A stretch of 62,122 nucleotides of DNA, the filler included. It is 15 parts of 15 records of this genome, joined end to end, with 100 filler letters (N's around TTAATTAATTAA, not from the genome) between each part and the next. Parts side by side here need not be neighbours in the genome. Positions count along the whole stretch, not along the records: positions 53,510 to 58,575 come from SRR7504441_72125; positions 58,676 to 62,122 come from SRR7504441_72153; 13 more parts are not named here. One strand, written 5' to 3'. This document shows positions 56,380-62,122 of this stretch, piece after piece. A model generated the notes under the pieces. It made no database searches. It was not told the DNA's origin and saw nothing but the letters and a program-made list of their open reading frames with translations. How positions within the stretch are numbered: the stretch's first letter is position 1; the number at the start of each line of letters is the position of its first letter. The position numbers and the translations under genes are program-made.

Positions 56380-58416
56380 ATGAAGGTCGACGCGGTGTCG
56401 GAGCTGCGCGCCAGGTTGGCGGGCGACCAGCCGAGCCACGGCCTGTGGGTAGCGCTGCGAGACACGGCGGTCACCGAGGCGGCCGTCGGGCTGGGGCTGG
56501 ACTGGGTGGTGGTCGACGCCGAGCACGGCTCACTTGACTGGGCTGACATCTCCCATCACGTGCTTGCCACCGCCCGGAGCAAGACTTGCTGCATCGTCCG
56601 AGTGTCGAGCTCGGCATGCATCGACCTGCCCGGGGCCGCGGCCCAGGTCAAGCGCGCGCTCGACATCGGCGCCGACGGCGTGATGATCCCAAACGTCGAG
56701 ACCGCAGACCAGCTGCGCACTCTGGTGGGGTACGCCAGGTATCCGACGGCCGGGGTGCGCGGGATCGGGGCCGACCGGGCGACGGCCTGGGGCGAGGCGA
56801 TTCCGGAGCATGCCGCTAACTGCGCCCGCGTGCCCCCGCTGGTGGTGGGGCTGCTCGAGAGCTTCAGGGCGTACCAGAACAGGGCTGCCCTTGCAGCGGC
56901 CGGGGACTTTTTCTATCTGGGCCCCGCGGACTACAGCGCGACCAAGGGGTTCGCAGGGCAGTGGGAAGCCCCGGGGGCGGCAGAGGAGCTCAAGTCGATG
57001 GCCGAGGCGATCCGGGCGGAGGGCAAGCCTGTGGGCGTGATGTGCTCGAGCGTGCAAGACATGGCGGCCCGGGCCGGGCAGGGGTTTAACATGCTCGGGA
57101 TCGGGTTCGATATGGGCCTGATGCTCCGCTCGGCCCACTCGATGCTCCACGCAGCAGGTCGAGACTGCAAGCTGAACAGCTCGGTCACACCACCAGCGCC
57201 GAGCCTCGAAACTGCCCAGAGCCGCAGGTTTGAGGTCGACCGGTCGGAGGAGCTCAAGCTGCTGTTCATGGGGGCTGGGGCGGTCGGGGGCTACACGGCG
57301 GGAATGCTGGCACGAGCAGGGTTTAACGTGACGTGCGTGGATCAATACATCGAGCACGTCGAGAGGATCAACCAGTCGGGGCTGCGAGTGGCCACCCCTG
57401 AAGGCAACTACACGGTGGCCGCAGTCAAGGCGTTGCACTTGCACCAGCTCCAGCAGCTGCCCCGGGCGGCGTACCACTGCATCTTCATCGCGGTCAAGTC
57501 TTACGACACGGAATGGGTCACTCAGATGGCTTTGCCTTACCTGCACCCATCGGGCGCGTTCATCTCGCTCCAAAACGGTATCAACGACCACCGGATGGCC
57601 GCCCAGATCCCCAACGGCAGCAAGCACGCCCTCGGGGCCGTTGTGACCGCCGCTGTCGGGTGCCTGGCTGCTGGGAAGGTCGAACGTTGGGATTCGAACC
57701 CGCAGTGCTACGCGTTTGGCGAGCACGACGGGGCCGACAGCCCGCGGATTCGGCAGCTGGTCGGGCTGTTCGACAAGGCCGGCGTGGGCGGGGCTAAACT
57801 CAGCTTTAACTTGTGGGGCGCGCGCTGGTCGAAGCTTGCGCTGAACTGCTTCATCAACGTCATGGCCGGGCTCACTGGGCTCTCCTCCCAGGGGGTGCGC
57901 ACTGGGAGCACTACGGTGCCCATGGGCACGCTGATGGCCGCCGAGACTATCCGTGTGGCCCAGGCCAAACAGGTTGCTGTCGAGCCTCTTATGGGGATTG
58001 CACCCGAGATGTTCCTCGAAGCTGCAAGCGGTGGCGCGCTGGCTCCGCTTGTAACTGCTCTCCGGCAGCAGGCTAAGTGGAACGAGAACGGCAAGGCCTC
58101 GTTCCTGCAGGACGTGATCAAAGGCCGCCGGACCGAGATCGAGTATCTGAACAAACTAGTGGTCGATGAGGCGGCCAGGCTCGGGATCGATACCCCGTTC
58201 TGCAAGGCGGCCACCGAGTGGGTTTTGGCGAACGAAGGGTTTAACCCGGACCCGGTCAACGTCCAGGCGGTGAGCGAGCTGCTGCCGGCCGTCCAGAGGG
58301 AGCAGCTGCGCCGGCTGACGGCTCAAGTGGCCGGGATGGAAGATCACTCACGTGCGGCTGAGCCGGAACCGAAGCCGCCAACGTACAGCTTCCAAGTGGC
58401 TGGACGCATCCTGTGA
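56380..58416 (+). CDS. HpcH/HpaI-family aldolase fused to 2-dehydropantoate 2-reductase (PanE/ApbA family), intronless
   Basis: Aldolase: DWVVVDAEHG, IVRV, KRALDIGA.GVMIPNV, LLES, GPADYS. Reductase: MGAGAVGG, IAVKSYD, LQNGI, WSKLALN, KASFLQDV..GRRTEIEYLN. Confidence 0.92.
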   Translation: MKVDAVSELRARLAGDQPSHGLWVALRDTAVTEAAVGLGLDWVVVDAEHGSLDWADISHHVLATARSKTCCIVRVSSSACIDLPGAAAQVKRALDIGADGVMIPNVETADQLRTLVGYARYPTAGVRGIGADRATAWGEAIPEHAANCARVPPLVVGLLESFRAYQNRAALAAAGDFFYLGPADYSATKGFAGQWEAPGAAEELKSMAEAIRAEGKPVGVMCSSVQDMAARAGQGFNMLGIGFDMGLMLRSAHSMLHAAGRDCKLNSSVTPPAPSLETAQSRRFEVDRSEELKLLFMGAGAVGGYTAGMLARAGFNVTCVDQYIEHVERINQSGLRVATPEGNYTVAAVKALHLHQLQQLPRAAYHCIFIAVKSYDTEWVTQMALPYLHPSGAFISLQNGINDHRMAAQIPNGSKHALGAVVTAAVGCLAAGKVERWDSNPQCYAFGEHDGADSPRIRQLVGLFDKAGVGGAKLSFNLWGARWSKLALNCFINVMAGLTGLSSQGVRTGSTTVPMGTLMAAETIRVAQAKQVAVEPLMGIAPEMFLEAASGGALAPLVTALRQQAKWNENGKASFLQDVIKGRRTEIEYLNKLVVDEAARLGIDTPFCKAATEWVLANEGFNPDPVNVQAVSELLPAVQREQLRRLTAQVAGMEDHSRAAEPEPKPPTYSFQVAGRIL

Positions 58417-58675
58417 TTATAAGTGATGGCCGACGACGTTTAAACTAATTGCAATCCAGTGGCCATGCACATGCATGCAAGGTTGCGGCGGCAAGTTTCA
58501 TACATGACGTTGTAAGCTCGTAAGCTTGCCTAGGTTCCATGGTATGAAGCTTCAACCTTAATTAACTCCCATTCGNNNNNNNNNNNNNNNNNNNNNNNNN
58601 NNNNNNNNNNNNNNNNNNNTTAATTAATTAANNNNNNNNNNNNNNNNNNNNNNNNNNNNNNNNNNNNNNNNNNNN

Positions 58676-59795
58676 GCGTCCCGTTGCCATTCAAAAACTC
58701 CCGGTGGAAAACACCCGGGGCGACTTCGGCGCCGTTTGCGGTCGGGGGGCCAGGGACCAGGTCAAAGAGAGGTGACCAGGGCGGCGTCGGCCAGTTGTAG
58801 GGGCACCCCACGCATGTTGAGAGTCTTAGCAACGAGTTGCCATTGGCGCTCCGTGCGATGAGGAAGGCGGCCACGCTCGCATTGATGTGCTGGCCTGCCG
58901 AGAAGCGGCCACCAAAGCCGTGCAGCATTATCATGGTCGACTCCTTGGAGGCATTCCTGCCGAATTCAATAAAGTACCGCATCGGCTCCGCGCAGTGCTC
59001 CTGTGAGACCTGAGGCTTGTCACACGCAGCCGTGGGACCGTTGGGCTTATACGCGGTGAGGAACTTGCCGCTTGCCGCGGCGGCGGCGCTGACTCTCTCG
59101 ACCGCGCCGTGCAGCGCGACGTTGTTTGCCCTGCGCTGGTCGTCGGGGAGCACAGAGTCACACGCGCAGTCGAAATACACGCCTGCTATATTAGGCTCGG
59201 CCAGCGCGCCACCAACGAACGTGTCGGCCCACCAGGCACGGGCCGCCGGTTCCGAGAAGTTGAGCCAATACTGCTTGACAGGGCCCGAGAGTAGCGGTTG
59301 GGCCTCGGATCCGCGCCACTCGGGCCCGGCTATCGGCCCGCTGGCGTTGCGTAGGAAGAACGCTGCCGACCGCGGGTCCTGCATCCGGGCGCGCGCGCAA
59401 TCCCATAGAGGGCTGACTACCTGGTCGTTCCGGAGGGCCAGCACCTTTACCGCCGGGTCGATCGCTTTGAGCGCGGCGGCCAGCTGCCGCTCGACACGCT
59501 CGATGTGCCCGATGTGAGAGTTAGGCTCGCTACCGGTTAGCTGCCAGCCAATCCCCACGTGGCCGAACCTGGCCAGCTGGGCGTTGAGTGCCGGGCTGTT
59601 GAGGCCCGAGTTGTTGCCGGTGAAGAAAAGGGCCAGCGACGCCGATACGGGCCGCGCGAGCAGCGATCGGCCCCATGGCAGCGCCGGCGCCTGGCGCCAG
59701 CTCGAAGGCGGGGTTGCGAACATCCAGTTGGGCTGCTCGCCGCAGTCGTCGGAGAGGACAGCCGCCACCAGAAGCATCCAGCAGTGGCATCGCAT
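58676..59795 (-). CDS. Secreted putative glycoside hydrolase (TIM-barrel, GHL15-like), 3'-truncated
   Basis: Signal peptide, YWLNFSEPAARAWW, GVYFD, AAFLIA and GPP..PGVFHREF.NG. Confidence 0.62.
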
Positions 59796-59893
59796 CTTGG
59801 TCAGGCACCCGTTCGGCACCAACCGGCCAGCTGCAGGTCCGTTGCAGTCATCAGCCGCACCGGGCGAAGCACCGGCAAGCCCAGCCTAAGGCC

Positions 59894-61830
59894 ATGGAAC
59901 TTCCGCCGCTGCCGGATGAGCCGCCGCCGCTGCCGGATGAGCCGCCGCCGCCGTCGATGTTTGACGAGCCGCCGCCGCTGCCGACCGAGCCGCCCCCGGC
60001 CATGCCGGACGAGCCGCCCCCGCTACCGACCGAGCCGCCGCCGCCGTCGATGCTGGACGGCCCGTCTGGTGACCAGCGGGGCAAGCCGGCGATGCCGGCA
60101 GCGTTCATGCCCGCGTCGCTGCGGGTGAAGCGCGGGGGGGGCAAGCCCAGCCAGGCCAAGGCGAAGCTTCGCCGGGGCGGCTCGGAGGGGGATGTACGAG
60201 TAGAGGCAGGCGGGCCGGTGGTGGCAGACCCGCCAGCAGCGCCGATGGTGATGGAGGAGGAGGAGCCGGCCCCGATGCCGGCGCACACGGTGCCGTGCCG
60301 GGAGTGCAGGTCGGCAGAGGAATACTTCAACAACCTGAAGCCGATCCAGGAGGGCAGGTACGGGGTGGTATACAAGGCCAAGGACAAACAGACCGGCGAG
60401 GTTGTGGCGCTGAAGAACATGAAAAACTCCAAAGATAAGGAGCCCGGCGGGTTTTCGATGGTGTTTCTGAGAGAAGTGAACATCCTGTGGGCAATCCAGC
60501 ACCCGAACATAGTCTCACTCAGGGAGGTAGTTCATGTAAGTCAGGAGGACGATGAGGAGTGCGAGGATGCCAACTGGTTCCTGGTGATGGAGTTCGTTGA
60601 GCACGACCTCAAGGACATCATTATGACCATGAAGACCCCGTTCTCTGAGGCGCAGGTCAAACATCTGATGCTGCAAATGGTTCGCGCAGTCGCGGCGCTC
60701 CACGAGGCCTGGGTGGTCCACCGGGACTTAAAGACCGCCAACCTGCTGCTCGATGGGCAGGGCAACCTTAAGGTCGCCGCAACTGCCCCCCCGCGTGGCT
60801 GAATCTGGGCAGGTCTGTGACCTCGGGATGGCTCGACACTTTGGCGAGGGCCGCCGGCCGGAGCGGCTGTTCACAGAGGAGGCGAGCGGCCACGGCCACG
60901 GCCGAGCTGAGTGGTGGGGCGCAGGTTATTAGCAGGTGGTACAGACCACCCGAGATTCTGCTAGGCCAGAAGAAGTACAACGAGAATGTGGACGTTTGGT
61001 CGCTCGGTGCAGCGCCAGCGGGTGAGCGGTGTGAGCAAGCGGGGCAGGGTGCATATTTGGAGAGTTGCTCCAACGGGCTGTGCTGCTACCAGGCGACTCA
61101 GAGATAGATCAGCTGCACAAGACGTTCACACTAGTTGGGACGCCCACTCCGGAGAGCTGGCTGGAGTTTACGGAACTAGCCTCCTCCAAGGCATTGCCCG
61201 CATGGGCTGCATGGTGATGGTCGGGGCAGAAACTCGTGTTTAAGAATTGCCCTAACACTCTCCGGACCAAATTCCCCCGCATGGGGTACGACCCCGACTA
61301 TGTGCATGGCGAACAATGCAAGACGACTTCATTCAGCGACGCCGGACTCACGTTACTCAGCCTGATGCTTAGTGCCAACCCCAAAAGCCGGCTCGGGGCG
61401 GTCGGATGCCTGGCCCAGAGTTACTTTAGTGAGAGCCCTCGGCCGGAGCCGTTGTCTGTTGAGCTGCTCGTTGAGCTGCGGAACGGCAAGGCGGCGGCGC
61501 TTGCGAAGGCAAAGGAGGACGCCAAGCAAGAGGCGGCGCTGAAAAAGCAGCAGGTGTGTTCAGAGGGCAGGGGGGGTTGAATCGGGGCAGGCGAATGTGG
61601 CGAAGCTGTTCTCTGGGGGGAGCGGGTTCTCTGGCGGGACCGGGTTGAATCAGTCACAGCTGCTGCAGCAGATGATGGCAACCCAGCGGCTCAATTTGAT
61701 GCAAAATATGAACATGGGCAATGTGCCAGCCAGTCACCAGCTGAACATGCTCTCCACCGGATTCTCCGGGGTCAACCAGTCGCAACTGCTACAGCAGATG
61801 ATGGCACTTCAGAACAATTCAAGCAAGTAA
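59894..61830 (+). CDS. CDK11: CDK11/CDK10-like cyclin-dependent kinase with Pro-rich N-terminus and Q/N/M-rich tail, 5 introns (2 GC-AG)
   Basis: CRSAEEY..EGRYGVVYKAKDK.TGEVVALK, MEFVEHDLK, HRDLKTANLL, K|VCDLGMAR, E|VISRWYRPPEILLG and DVWSLG|CIFGELL. Confidence 0.86.
59903..60047 (+). repeat. Proline-rich coding tandem repeat (PPLP[D/T]EP)
   Basis: About six copies of ccgccgctgccg(gat/acc)gag. Confidence 0.85.
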
Positions 61831-62122
61831 AGTTGAAACCTGATCATAAATTGATGCAACAAAGCTGCGTGCTGAGAAGCACAAGTAGGTATGTTGGTGG
61901 TGTCTCCTATAGAATTGTACAATCTTGAATGATAGTCTCAGGTGTTGTCACTAGTGGTATACTGGTGGTGCACAAAGAATATACATAGTATAGCAATACG
62001 AGTGTATGTCTATCATCAAAGTTTGATTTGCTTTAGCTTTGCTTACATGTAGCTTAGTGTAGCGTACATGTACTTTTTTTTTATCTACTTTTTTTATTCA
62101 CATTCACCTACTTATTAGGCTG

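Noticed and set aside
56530-57726. Long antisense and alternate-frame ORFs (also 12799-13473, 22272-23144, 34273-35112)
   Set aside because: Expected shadows of GC-rich coding sequence; Arg/Pro/Ala-rich with no motifs.
145-58416. Bacterial contamination, operons or defence systems
   Set aside because: Each bacterial-type gene shares a contig with spliced eukaryotic genes. No operon-like runs, cas, reverse transcriptase or transposase motifs were seen.
3286-58675. Regularly recurring TTAATTAATTAA as a biological repeat or CRISPR-like array
   Set aside because: Always centred in an exact 100-bp N block, and genes are cut at each one. It is a concatenation spacer, so neighbourhoods across spacers are meaningless.

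Overview
This is not one locus. It is 15 short contigs joined by 14 artificial 100-bp spacers (N-TTAATTAATTAA-N), from a gene-dense, GC-rich unicellular eukaryote, probably a flagellated heterotroph; I cannot name the taxon. A leftover Illumina adapter and several apparent inversion junctions suggest an amplified (single-cell-type) assembly. Spliced by hand, it holds about 40 whole or partial genes. Core eukaryotic genes: VPS18, ANAPC5, CAND1, Tctex-1, CDK11-like kinase, two-pore channel, ceramide synthase, sacsin, kinesin, actin-related protein. There are also secreted carbohydrate-active enzymes and intronless bacterial-type enzymes. The most unusual signals are: (1) a splicing system of about 36-46 nt introns with G-rich acceptors, degenerate donors and many AG|GC donors; (2) double-length introns that split at an internal AG|GC or AG|GT into two back-to-back mini-introns; (3) ten head-to-head gene pairs whose start codons are only about 30-175 bp apart; (4) palindromic TACATGTA/TAGATCTA words concentrated in intergenic DNA; (5) fusion proteins, namely HpcH aldolase-ketopantoate reductase, kelch-EGF-TM-RING, Yippee-beta-lactamase, and FSTGS-repeat-HhH. 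All exon structures are manual inferences without RNA data. I saw no rRNA, tRNA, CRISPR array or transposase.
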